Assembly: GCA_046563655.1 (NCBI GenBank)
Contig: CM102285.1
Location: 14,260,001-14,324,000 of the forward strand
Direction of reading: 5' to 3'
DNA from: Yuukianura sp. NJ FZ-2021
Lineage: Eukaryota
DNA length: 64,000 bases
Made by a program: the position numbers and the translations under genes
Notes under the pieces: generated by a model
What the model was told of the DNA's origin: nothing
The model's database searches: none
What the model saw: the letters and a program-made list of their open reading frames with translations, nothing else
Shown here: positions 38,657 through 51,065 of the stretch, one piece after another
Numbering within the stretch: the first letter of the stretch is position 1
Layout: each line of letters opens with the position of its first letter

Positions 38657-38822
38657 GACGTTGTACCGTTTTGGCTGCGATGCTGTTTCATACTCATGAG
38701 CAGCCAAGACAGAGTGATTCAGCACTGACATGACATACTAAATTTCTACACAAAATTTTCAGCGTCGTCGTCGTCATCGTCGTTAAGGGGTGGACAAAGG
38801 ACTAGCTCGACCACCATCGGAA

Positions 38823-39674
38823 ATGTCTGCCGGACCAAACGCTGCCGAACCGGTACCGGTTGTCCAGATCTTGCCTCCACGTGACATAGGTCGGTTCAGT
38901 GCCGACAAGGATAAGGATAAGGATAAGGCCGCAGAACTCAAAAAGTTATGCTGCGAAGATATCGACATTCCACCAGATCTCCATGGAATCCTCAAAGACT
39001 TTACCAAGGGAGCCATTACGACCCAGCCACGTGACCTCCTCCATTGGTCAGCAGCGTACTTCCGGTCAAAAGTAAACCTAAAACAACAATAGTTAATTAA
39101 ATTTTAATCAATTTCTGATTACTTAACAATTGATTAATCTTATCTTACAAAGTGCAAAGGCGAGATTCCTCCTGTGAAGGACCGACTAGAGTATCCCGTC
39201 ATCGAAGGGCCCAACGGACTGACCAAAGGGCTCCTGCGCGTCCTTCACAAGCAGCTAGGAGGTCAAGCACAGGGAGATTCCGGAGCCCTTGCAGAAAAAT
39301 GGACCGCAATTTGCTTGAATGTTGACGATATGCGGAAACTGCTGCAAGAAAATGGTCTTCCGGAGGTTGGATTCAATTGGACACATTTTGTAGTTGCTGC
39401 TGCAGCATCGCTGAAACAAGGTGGACTTCGTGATGTGATGGAGGTCGTTTGTTTCGTCATGGCACCCGATGTGAGTCATGGAGTGACAGTGACCATGCGC
39501 ATTGACAAGTTCCTGGAGGCTTACGTCTTCATTGGTCCAAAATTTGGCGTTACCAAGGAAACCATGGATGTCGCTTCTAATTGGTTGGTGGCCAGAGCAC
39601 AAGGTCAAGGAAATCTGATTGGTCCGGCAGATCTGAGCGATCCACAATGTCCACCGCTGGATGGACCCCACTGA
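38823..39674 (+). CDS. ROPN1L: Ropporin-1-like (RIIa domain, radial spoke/AKAP-binding); 2 exons
   Basis: EDIDIPPDLHGILKDFTKGAITTQPRDLLHWSAAYF, PVKDRLE, GLTKGLLRVLHKQ, C-terminal CPPL. Confidence 0.92.
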
Positions 39675-39779
39675 AATCTAAATTTTTACAAAATTTGAAA
39701 TTAGGAGTGAAGACGATTTAGAAATGCTCATCAAAATTTTTTATACAAGATTCAAAATTCAAAATTGACGAATAAAATT

Positions 39780-41291
39780 TTACAAATGTGATGTCTCTGG
39801 TTTTTCTTTTTCATCTTGAACTTGAATGTACAAATTCTTGTGCTGGAGTTTGAACACTTCATTGCCGATGGAAGTGAATCCTGGTACCAGGTAGCGGGCA
39901 AAGAGTTCGCAGCATTTTGGATCCTCAGGAAGATACTTGCGAAGTATATCGATAACGGGAGGTTTGTGACTATGGATACTGCTTGGAACACTGACAATTA
40001 CTTTCATTTTTCTTAAATCTGACAGAATTGAATCGCTGGAAGAAGTTGCTACCAAAGCATTTGAGCTTGATTCTGGATTACGTTCTGGAATTTCCGTTTT
40101 CACATCATGGGAGGAAGTTTTGTACTGCCCGATGACCAGGATTTCATACGGTTGCTTCTTGTTAATTGGCTGGAATGGGAGAATCGGTAGCCCAGATTTC
40201 GTCACCTGAGATTAAAAAATGAATTATAATAATAATATAACTATAATAATTATATTGTAATTAATTCTATTAGCTTAGTATTAATATAAAACGACTGTCC
40301 AATCCTTACTTTGACCCAGTACCAAGTAGTGAGGTAGGTGACGTGCCAAGCTGGAAATATTTTTTGGACAAGATCATTATGATGAGCAGCAGCATTGGTG
40401 CACCACACGGCAATCAAGGCACCGTCATTACAAATCCTGTCTATCCTCATTCCTTCCAGTTGCAGATTGTCAATCATCTCGTACCTGAAAATGAAAAGCC
40501 GAAGTTTAGTCAATCAACTACTTAATTGGTCAATTAGTTTTTGCAATTAATCAGAAGACACAGTACCCGCCACCTTCTGCATGCCTTCGTTTCCTGTTTC
40601 TCCAAATGTATTTGTTCATCCATGGAGGATCCATTAGAACAAAGTCAAAAGATTCTTTTCCAACTAAATCCTCCTCCAGTATTCTGGAAATATCTCCGCA
40701 GTAGAAGGCCGTTCTTAGTGGAAACAGAAATTCTTGACCAGCGATGCAGTGCAAAACAGTATAATCAGTAGTGTTGGCTCCGTTTAGCTTTACTTCGGAA
40801 TGAAAAATACTTGGGTGAGGAATTTTAAGAAATTCAGCTGCTGCACGACGTGCAATGAAATTGTTTTTCCTATCTACTTCTTGTTCCTGAGGACCTTGGT
40901 AGGTATCGTTTGATTTTGAGTCGTCGTCGGAAAAGCAGTTTACAGAGTGTCCAATTGCGACAATTTCACGGAAAAGCCGATGCAATTCTGTTTGAAAATC
41001 TGGCCAAACGTTGACTTTCTTGGAAGGTGACAAAACGTCATGGTCATCGAAGTTCTGTGCCTGGTCAGCGTTAGCAGGAAGAAGTGTGTCCTTTTCCTTA
41101 GTAGTTTTGTTTTTGATAAACTGGTCTTTGATGTCAAATAGATTAGGATTCAGTTTGAAAAGTGAACAATTCATACCGGAAACAGGGAGGTCATCTTCTT
41201 GAGCTCTGGACACGTTCAATATTTTCAGTGAATCAAAGAACTTCGGATGAGAAATGATCCAACCTTGGTCACACTCCAAAAGTATTGACAT
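39780..41291 (-). CDS. METTL4: MT-A70 family N6-adenine methyltransferase; 3 coding exons
   Basis: MSILLECDQGWII, FDFVLMDPPWMNK, VWCTN, WYWVK, KKQPYE, SVPSSIHSHKPP, ELFARYL..GNE. Confidence 0.93.
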
Positions 41292-41549
41292 TTTTGATTC
41301 GTGAGTGCCCAGAAACGATTATAAGTCTAAGCTTTGAGTAACTGACGATGAGTATCTTAATCTGCTCTTTTTCCAATTAATGATTAACGATTACCGGTGA
41401 TCAAATGATAACATTTGACATTTGGAATTTCGAAATGTCAACCTTTAATTTTGAAACGGAAAAAAATGTTTGTTTACATTTTCAAACTACATGTGCTTCC
41501 CGCTTTTTCCAGATTTTCCGGAGCGTGAATTCAAATGAGACTTGTCATC

Positions 41550-42051
41550 TTAATAGCTAGTACAATTATAATTTTGCACATTTTGCTTTTGCCTCATTTT
41601 TTGTTGAACTTGTTGCTGATGTATTCTATTGAGCTTTTTATTGTCGTTGCCTTTTCTTGTTCTTATTGTGGTCGTCGTCTTCTGTTGAGCTTTTTGCTGT
41701 TGATGTTGTCTTCTGTTGAGGTACTGAATGTAGCTCAAATGGTTACTTTCAAAACGATTCCAACACAGTGGATTTAAAAATATTGTTAAAATGCAATAGA
41801 ACAGTTCAGTAATTGGACCTTGGGCACGTTTAGAACGATTTAAAACTGCTACAGTACTTTTTTCCAAGAAGAAGTGGTACAAACTGGTGTTTTTCATGAC
41901 TAGTTTTGTACTTAGTTCCTAAAAAGTTTAAAGTCTGAGTTAACTTGAACAATCAAATATTTTTTGAATTCACAAAACTTACCCTTGTACAAACCATTTT
42001 CAACCCAAAGGTCAGCACTACCAAGAGTGCCACACAAAAACTCTTCGACAT
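41550..42051 (-). CDS. Putative small secreted protein (145 aa); exons 42051-41983, 41918-41550
   Basis: Exon 1 MSKSFCVALLVVLTFGLKMVCTR is signal-peptide-like and ends at GTAAGT; phase-0 TTTTAG acceptor joins it in frame to the 115-aa ORF; RSKR site. Confidence 0.55.
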
Positions 42052-42403
42052 CCAACCGTCAACTTTTTTAGCTAAAGATGAAACTTAATTTCTAATTAAT
42101 TAATTCAAACTAAAATTCAACATTGAATTACATTTCCCTTAAACTTGGAGGAAAGTGGGAACTTCACACTTTGATGAGTGTTAATGAACTCAAGGTTTTT
42201 GGCTAAAGTTGCTTTTCCGTCATAAAATTTCCTAATCCGTCCTAACAATTTTCAGAAATTGGAGTCTTGGCAGTTCAGAAAACCAGTTTTATAATTTAAA
42301 AAATAGGATCGTGTGAATTCAAAAAAAGAAGCGTGAGAAGAAAAATAAATTTAAAAGATTATTATGACGTTTTTCGTACTTATAAGGAAGAGACGCCAAA
42401 TCA

Positions 42404-42423
42404 TTTTAGGCGGGAAATTTAAA
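42404..42423. promoter_or_regulatory. E2F-like site (GGCGGGAAA) with adjacent TTTAAA in the bidirectional CWC25 promoter
   Basis: TTTTAGGCGGGAAATTTAAA; similar GCGGGAA motifs upstream of METTL4 (~41497) and JMJD6 (~57267). Confidence 0.35.
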
Positions 42424-42683
42424 ACACTAATTTTCAAATTTTTGGAATTTTGAATTGGATTTTTACTTTTTTGAAAATTGAAATTGCAAATTGCGAAATT
42501 CACAACACATTACACAGAGAAGAACGGAGACAAAGAATCATCTGTTTAGTGGTAAGTTTTGGAATAATTAAATTAATTGCGCAGGTACAAGCACATGAAG
42601 TGAAAACTGAATCGTTAAGTAGTGTACCAATTGACTAATTTGCAATTGACCAAATTTCTTACAGAAGGTTGGAAATTTGAAGT

Positions 42684-43989
42684 ATGGATCCACCGAAGGG
42701 AATGGCGATGGACTGGATGTACAAACCGGCTGCACTGGTTAATCGGGATGAGTACTTACTTGGCCGAAGTGTGGACAAATCGTTTGACTTGCTCGAATCA
42801 GTTGAAAAAACTGGCACTTTTAATTACGCCGACGAAGTTGAAAAAGGTACCGATTTACTACATGCTACCTTGATTTTGAATTCAGATCCACTGAATCCTC
42901 TCATTTCAATTCTAGATTTGACCCCACTTTCCATCTTTGCTCCTACTCGAAGTGGCCCGGTCGATGTCATTCAGAAAATCAAGGAAGATCCGTTGTACCA
43001 AATCCAGAAAAAGGAAGAAGAGAATTTGAAGCAGTTACTCAAAAACCCCGTTCGAATGAAAATGATGCGTCAAATTAGTACAGAACTACAAGAAAGACAA
43101 CGAAGACTCTCAGAATCTTCATCTTCAACGTCAAAACGTAGAAGGAGACATTCGAAACGAGACTCCAGTTCAGACTCAGATTCAGATGACGATGACCCCA
43201 AGAGGTTGAATTTAAAGAAGGTCAAATCGTTCCAAGATATTGACAAATTGATTTCAGAGAAGCTAAAGTCTTTGAAGAAACACGCATCAGACGTGGAATC
43301 CGACTCGTCTGAGGAGGATAACAAGAAACACGTTACCAAGAAACATCATCATCATCACCACGATAAAGATAAGCACGATCACCGTCCAGATAGAGGTAGT
43401 GACCGACGTGATCGATACCGAGAAGAACCTCGGCATTACCGTCCAGAAAAACGAAGGTCAAGAAGTCGGAGTCGCGATAGAAACCGTGATCGGTACAACG
43501 GTGACCGTGGGAAGAGGTCAAGAAGTCGCAGTGGCAGCAAAGACCGTCATGTTAAGGACCGTGATCGAAAGCCAACTGAAAAACCAAGTTCATCTCGGAA
43601 CAATTTCACAAGTTACAGAAAACCGGCACCGCCGGTACAAAAACGAGCACCGTTGGATGAAGCAGAACTGGAAAAGCGCAGACAAGAAATGATGTCAAAT
43701 GCAAAATGGCGTGACGAGCAACGGACGAAAAATGTGACCAAGTACAGAGAAGAAGAAAAGAAAGAAGAAGAGCAACGCACTAGCAAACATGACCCAGATT
43801 TTATACGGTAACGTTAAAAAATCATGAATTTCATTAAATTAAGCAATTTATGATCAATTACTTTGTCGTTACAGGAAACAATTAATTGAAGCAGCCAATA
43901 CTGGCAGTGTTGAGAAGCGAATCAAGTCCAATTCCTACAATATTCAAAAGTCCTACTCCGCCATGAGCCAGAATTTTGCCAAAAGGTGA
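42684..43989 (+). CDS. CWC25: Pre-mRNA-splicing factor CWC25 homolog (apparently N-terminally shortened)
   Basis: DWMY..VNRDEYLLGRSVDK, KIKEDPL, LLKNPVRM, ELEKRRQEMMSNAKWRDEQR; last exon 43875-43989 ends NFAKR. Confidence 0.92.
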
Positions 43990-44054
43990 CAACCAAGAGA
44001 TCAATTGGTAAGTACCTAATTCATTTTTGTAAGTGTGAATTGTAAAACCAACAC

Positions 44055-44125
44055 CTCTGTCCTTGTGGTTAGAGTTACTTCCTCTAAGTTATGCATCCTT
44101 GGTTCGATTCCTAGTTCCTGCAAAA
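44055..44125 (+). other. tRNA-derived SINE/pseudogene fragment
   Basis: A-box-like GTGGTTAGA and B-box GGTTCGATTCC but no paired acceptor or anticodon stems. Confidence 0.4.
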
Positions 44126-44633
44126 AATCAGCCAGGATTGGGCAAGAGTCTGATTCAATTTACTATGAATTTGCACTCTAATCAATTCAGGCGAAATCAA
44201 AATCAATCGGGTATTTAATCCCACGATGAAAAAGTTTCAATCGTGATTCATGGCTCGATTACATTTTTGCCAACAATTTTGTCTAACTTTAATTTATGGA
44301 ATTGATGAAAAACGATTCAAAAGTGACAATTTTCTGTTTTCAGGTAGGTCTAAGGTCATCGCACCAAGGTCAGCCTGCCCCTGCCATTTGTGTGTGGTTA
44401 CTGAAATTGTTGGGTATTTTTTTCTTAATTTAACTTTGACAATTTCAAAGTCAAATAAATTTTTATCCAAAATGTGCAAATTGCAATCTTTATTGGTAAG
44501 CAGTTACTTAATGGTTAAGGAGTACTATCTACCATACCTTTTAGATTATTCTTCTTTTCGTTTATTTCGGACAGTTTTTTTTTTTTGCAATTTCAAAAAT
44601 TGATTTTCCAAGTTTTTCGACAAAACTTTGAAA

Positions 44634-44647
44634 ATTGCCATGACAAC
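44634..44647. promoter_or_regulatory. RFX X-box-like site upstream of CFAP57
   Basis: ATTGCCATGACAAC (vs GTTGCCATGGCAAC consensus) ~190 bp upstream of ATG 44834. Confidence 0.55.
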
Positions 44648-44833
44648 CACTTTGTCATCGTACATTCATCCGCTGCGCTGCGACTATAATATTTTTTTTC
44701 GAAGTCTTTATAGATTTTTCTGTTTTGCATTTCACGATTTTTTTTTGAAACTCAACTTATTCAGAAATCAAAGATTTAAAGAAATCCATTTCCATTTCGA
44801 TTACTCATTCGAAAACAATCGTTTTTTTTAACA

Positions 44834-47800
44834 ATGACTACCTTCGGTCTTCTTCATCCGAAGTACATCTTTGGACTGAATGCTGACTGCAAAGCGACCA
44901 ATGTCTTTTTCCTGGACGCAAGTACAATCATCTACCCCGCGGGGAACACCGTCGTCATGCTCAACATGGACCAAAAGACTCAAACGTTCTTACATGGAGT
45001 TGAGAAGAACAAGGGCGTCACGGCCTTGACCATTTCTACTCTTCAGTACCAAAAACACACTTTTCCTCCAAAATTTTATTTTGAATTTCATTAATTTTTT
45101 TTCAAATTTTGAATTTTTAGTTCAATTGCTGCAGTGGGGCAAGTGGGCGACAAGCCTCTGATTAGCATTTTCGATTTGAAGCAAAACAAGAGACGAAAAA
45201 CGCTGATTTTCGGTGAGACTTTGGCCACGGAGTACGTTTCACTGTGTTTCACTACTGATGGACTCCACCTTGCATCGCTCAGCGGTAATAATCACAAGTT
45301 AATTAACAAAATACAAAGTTAATTAACAAATTACAAAACTAATTAACTTTTTTAATTACGTTTTCAAGGGCCCCCGGACTACACATTGTATTTCTGGAAG
45401 TGGGACAAGGGTCGCATGGTCTGTCAAGCCAAAACGACTGGAGGACTTGGACCGGTCTATGAGGTGCTAAAACTCAAATTGAAATTTGGAAATTGTGATT
45501 TTGAAATTTTGAAAATTTCAGATCAGCGCCAGTCCGACGGAGAACAACGTGATGTGTGCGATTGGACGAGGATCGTTTCGTTTCTTCCGTGCTGGAGAAG
45601 GGTTCATGAAGCCCTTTGGATTCCAGAAGGGCGACTCCTATCACTTCCTGTGTCACGCTTGGCTGGGCAAAGGTGATCGACTCATTGCTGGAACACGGGA
45701 TGGGCACTTGATGTACTTCGAGCGTGGGGACTACCGTTGTGAAGTACCCGTTCCATCCATGGCTGAACTCAATCTAAGCAAGTAAGTTTTTCATCAATTA
45801 AATACTTAATTAACAAATTAACTGCACTTCTGGGTTGAAATAAGGTTTGACGATCCTCATTGTATCCCCACAGTGTAGCCACTCCGGCCATTTTATGTGA
45901 ATACTGTGTTGGTGGATATCCACTTTTTCGATATTTCATCCAGCGGATATAGGGTTTCGTCCAGTTCTATCCACTTTTTCGATATTTCATCATTCAGCGG
46001 ATATAGGGTTTCGTCCAGTTCTGTCCACTGTTTCGATATTTCATCGAGTGGATATAGGGTTTCGTCCAATTTTATCCGGTTGAAATGGCTGGATAAATTT
46101 GATACATCCAATTAAATCCGGATATTTCCACAAATTTCGACTGAGATGGAAGAAACGTGTTATACATCTACCAACACTGTGTGGCTGCAATAGGTGGCGA
46201 CATTTGTAGCCATTAGAACCTAAAAAAAACCTAAGAACTTAAAGTGGCAACACAAAAATCCACCAATTGTCGCCGCAAAGTGACTAAAACTTGCTGCTAC
46301 AATGATAATCGTTAAACCTTACTCCAACCGCACTTCCGGATTGATTTTTGTTAAATTTTGGTGATTTTTAGTAAAACAGGGACGAAAGATGGGCGAGACA
46401 CGTCTGTTGTGAACTTGGCCAATCTGATGGGCTTGGCAACTGGAGCTGGAGGTGCTGGAGATGCTGAGGAACGCCGTGCCAGTGTTGGTTCCAGAAAGTC
46501 CACGAGCACCATCTTTGACGCCAAAGGAGTCACGGCCATCACGGTTTACTCTAAAGTTAGTCAAGTTTTGTAAAAATTAGGCCAACTAATGTTAATTTTT
46601 AGTGAAAAAGTTCAGTTTTTGAACATTTTGAACATTTTTTTAGGGTTTTGCCATTGGATACGGTGCTGGTTATGTGATTGTCTACGAAGAGCAAGTTACT
46701 TACGAGAGTCAAGAAGATCGCTTTAAGCCTGTGCATGTCATTCAAGTGCCGTTTCACTCCGGTGACCCAGCGGACAAGGTCATTCGGGCACTTGCAATCA
46801 ACTCCACAGAAGAAACTTTGGTAGCCACAACTGCCAATTCACAAATTCTCTACTTTTCACTGCCCAGTGCCGAGATCAAGGTAAGAAATTTTCAATATTC
46901 AAAAAATAGAAATTGAATCTTTCATTTATTTTTTTAAAATTTTGAAATTTTTCAGGATCCGAATGAAATGTACTTTGAGTACGCCTCTGCTTCGTTCCAT
47001 TACGGAGCCATCATTGCCCTGGACGTGGCCATTCGGAAGTCACTTTTTATTACTCTTGGAGCAGACAAGTTTATTCGTGTTTGGAATTACGCGACGATGA
47101 CACAAGAAGCTGCGAAGGAATTCCAGGAAGACATTTACTGCATCTCTTTTCATCCTACTGGACTCTTCATCTTGGCAGGATGCAACGATAAGATCAGAGT
47201 CTTTGCTATAGTGATGGACGATATTAGAGAAATCAAGGACTTCCATGTGCGTGGATGCAGAGAATGTGTTTACAGTAACGGTGGACATCTTTTTGCAGCA
47301 GCCAATGGCGGCATTATTCAAATGTACACGACTACTTCATTTGAAAATATTGGCAACATGAAGGGTCACAGCAATAAGGTGAGACAAACAGCAAAAAAAC
47401 GGCAAACAGCAAAAATATCGTTTCATACTTGAGAATGTCTAATTTTAGAATTTTAAATCTTGAATTTTTGAATGAACAAGAATTTTTTTTTAGATTCGGC
47501 ATCTCCGATTTTCGCCTGATGACACTACGCTAGTTTCTGTTGGGGCGGACGGAGCCATTTATGAGGTTACACAAACGTTTTTGAATTTGAAAATTTTGAA
47601 ATTTTTTTTGAAAATGATGTTTGATGACCTTTGACCTTTGCCCTTCCTGTTTCAGTGGGATGTCGGAACGATGAGACGTGAATCGGACTATGTTGAACGT
47701 GGAACAGATATGTTGGACGTAGCAGTTTCGCCTGATGGAAAAACACATTACGCCATTACTGCAGCCCGATTTGTCAAGGAAGTCCAAATCCAAGATGGAA

Positions 47801-50645
47801 TTGTACGTTTTTTGAAAAAAAGGTTCAAAATATTTTCAAATTTTGAAAACAAAACTGTTTTTTTTTTTCAGTTACTGAAAGAAGTCAACCTGGATACCGA
47901 ACCGAGGTGTATCACGATGGGTCGCTCCGGTAAAGTTCTTGTGGTCGGAATGGAGCAAGGCGTGGTTCGATCTCTTCGTCAACCTCTGACTTACGCCAAT
48001 GAGTGGTTCGATTTTCGAATTCATTTGGACAAAATCAATGCCGTAAGATTTTCAAAAACTTTTCACAAAAGTAAAAAATAAAATCTTTTCAAGTTTAACA
48101 TCAGTTGTTAAGTTGTAATGATGCATTTGCAGATTCGAATTACGTTTGATGAGATTTACTGCATCTCTGTATCTGAAGACGGTTCAATTATTCTCTGGAA
48201 GATCACGGATGCTGATGGACGAACATCAAAATCCGAAAAGGAAATTCTCTATTCCACTGAAGTCCTCATTACCAAGTACATTTCAAAAAAGTTTTGGATT
48301 TTTAAAAAAATTGAATTTCGAAATTTTGAATTTCAATTTTGAACTTCTTAGAGCCGATTTGGACGAACGTGAAATGGCTCTGAGAGAGCTGAAACAGAAG
48401 TTTGGTGAACTTCGGCTTGAGATGGACTACCAAATGCGTCGCAAGGAAATGGCGTACCAAGAGGAAGCTAAAACTGTCAACGCCACTTTCAATTCACAAA
48501 TTGACGAATTGAAAGCAAAAATTAACGAGTTGGTTGCAACGAAAGAAGAGCATGATGCCAATTACCATGCATTTGTAACCCAAATGGACACTGATCAGAA
48601 GCTGACAGTGGAAAATATCAAGGCTTACTACAACACGAGACTCATAGCAGAATTTGAAAAATACAATGAACTTCAAAATCTACTTGAAGATACAATCAAG
48701 GAATACGAAGGGTAAAAAATCTCAGTTTTTCAAAAATTCGAATTTCTAAAATTTTAAAACTATGGTTTTTAGAAAATTGGTGAACTTGGATGGCGACTGT
48801 GAGCAATCTGTGGAGGAGTTGGTTGATTTTTTTGAAGGAAAAATCAAGGACAAAAGTGTTGCATTAGAAGAGGCAAATTTTCAAAATTTCTTCAAAATTT
48901 GGAAATGTCTGGAATATGATTTTTTTTTTTTTGAAAATTGTAGGCTTATGAAGAAGCTCGAAACACTTTGACTGAAAGTGAGGAAATGAAGAAACAAATT
49001 GAGGAAGACGCAGACGCCGAGATCCTGCAACTGACGCTTTCCTATGAAAAAAGACTCAAAGCCGAAATGGGCGCCAATGCCAAACTTCTTGCAGATTCCA
49101 CCATTATGAAACGCAATTTCGCTGCAATGAACCGTGAAATTGAGGCCAAGAAAGAAGAAGTTTTGAAACTACAAAACGAAGGAGAAAAAATGAAGTCTAC
49201 CATCATGCTATCCGAGAAAGAAGTTCAGTCACTCCGGAAAGACCTGGTTGACAGAGATGTCAATGTCATGGGCAAGGTGACCACTTCAAACAAAATCAAA
49301 AATTTCGTAATTTGAATTTGAAAACTTGATTTTTTTTTAGGAAAAAGTGATTTACGACTTGAAGAAAACGAATGGCGAACTGGAAAAGTACAAGTTCGTG
49401 TTGGACTACAAAATAAAAGAACTGAAGAAGATGATTGAACCAAAGGAACGGGAAATTATATACTTGAAACAGCAGAATTCAGACATGGAACAAGAGTTGA
49501 GCACGACCGTAGCTGTTCGCAACGGCCTTGAACTCCAAGTGAATGAACTCACAAATAAGCTTCACGTGACTGACCGTGAATATCACATTGAGAAGCGTCT
49601 GCGCTGGAGACTACAAGTTTTAGTCGGACGGATTCGGTCGTACATGAGTCGCTGCATGAATGTTCTTCAGGATCATCACGCTCTAAAAGCTAACTTGAAG
49701 GTATGTGGTTCCATGGAATTTGGTCAAACACAATTTGGTCAAAAGTGAAAAGGTCAAAAATTGAGAAGATCAATATAAGAAAACCTTAGATAGCGTGACC
49801 AAATTTACGAATTTATGATAATTGATATTTCCACTTTTTGACCTTTTCACCTTTTGCTCAAATTATTTTGACAATTTCGCCTTCTATGAAGATATGTCTC
49901 TGTTTTCAACATTCAAAAAACTTTTGTGAAATTTTGAACTTTTTTAAAATATTGAACTTTTTTGAAAATTTGAACTTTTTTTAAGGCAATGTATGCCAAG
50001 TATGGACACACTCTTGACGTTGGATTGGCCAACAACGCTGAGCAGGAAGCCATTTGTGAGTTGGTTCGACAAAAGAATTACTTGGAAATGTCGCTGGCTT
50101 CACTCAAGCGGAAAATGGCTAAAGAAGTGGACTTTACTCGTAATGAGCAGCTGAAAATCATGCATGTACGTTTTTTTTTTCCAGAAAAGTTGATTCTTTT
50201 GGTGTTGAACTTTTAAGCATTGATGTGATTTGTGTTTAGGAAAACATGCTGTTGGTATTTGAAATCAACAATTTGCGTCGCGAGTTGAAGACGACACGAG
50301 ATCGTGCTCAAGCCTACGAAGTTTGTCTGGGAATTCTGCCTTCGAATTACAACAATTCAAACACAACTGAAATGAAACTGCGACTCCAAGCGGCCATTCA
50401 AGATAAAGAAGATGTGTCACTCCAACATGACAAGGATCTTCAGGTAGAACGGAACATCGATTGGCACTTGAAGTCGAATGTTACAGAGGTCAAAGGTCAA
50501 ATTTTGATTTTGTTTTTAGGAGAAACAAAACGTGATTGATGCCCAGTCGAGTGAAATTGAGCACTTGACGGACAAATTGCTCAAAGTTCAGGAAGATGCT
50601 GGACTCACGGATGAGCACATGGACAATGTCATTCTCCAACTTTAA
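44834..50645 (+). CDS. CFAP57: Cilia- and flagella-associated protein 57 (WDR65), WD40 + coiled coil, ~17 exons
   Basis: IFGL..IIYPAGN, WD40 blocks (FHPTGLFILAG, SNGGHLFAAANG, KGHSNKI), IYDLKKTNGELEKYKFVLDYKIKELKKMIEPKE, EINNLRRELK. Confidence 0.95.
45900..46182. mobile_element. Small TIR element with internal 42-45-bp tandem repeats in a CFAP57 intron
   Basis: Ends GTGTTGGTGGAT / ATCTACCAACAC; three TTCGATATTTCATC..GGATATAGGGTTTCGTCCA units inside. Confidence 0.6.
49708..49890. mobile_element. MITE-like element (family copy 2) in a CFAP57 intron
   Basis: GGTTCCATGGAATTTGGTCAAACACAATTTGGTCAAAAGTGAAAAGGTCAAA, homologous to reverse complement of ~610-667; inverted arm TTTGACCTTTTCACC. Confidence 0.55.
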
Positions 50646-50993
50646 ACTCAACAAGAGCAACGTAATTTCAAAAAGCTTAAAAAAAAAAGTACTTCATTTC
50701 GAATATATTTGCAATCTGCAAATAAAAGTTCACAAAACTAAAAGAAAAAAATAGTATGTTTTTCTTCCTGAATGATCATGGTTTTGGTTTGGACAAGTTC
50801 TTTGTAGGCCAAAGTTCAGAGGTCAATTTTTCCAGTCCGTCGTAGTACCATAGCATAGCAAGTAGGCATTTCCATCTCCATCTGCGGTGTAGTTCACATT
50901 TTTACATTTTCGCATTTTTATGTTCATGTCTACAGTGTGCAAAACCTAATATCCACCATTTGAACCTCATCCAAAGTGTTCTACTCCAACAAG

Positions 50994-51065
50994 TCCCATG
51001 TGGTCTAGTGGTTAGGATTCGCGCCTTTCACGTGTGAGGCCGGGGTTCGATTCCCCGCATGGGAA
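50994..51065 (+). tRNA. trnE-TTC: tRNA-Glu, anticodon TTC
   Basis: Acceptor TCCCATG/CATGGGA, D arm TGGTCTAGTGGTTAGGA, anticodon loop CT-TTC-AC, T arm GGTTCGATTCC, downstream T7 terminator. Confidence 0.95.

Noticed and set aside
44055..44125. Possible amber-suppressor tRNA (CTA near anticodon position)
   Set aside because: Acceptor and anticodon stems do not pair; better explained as a SINE or pseudogene fragment
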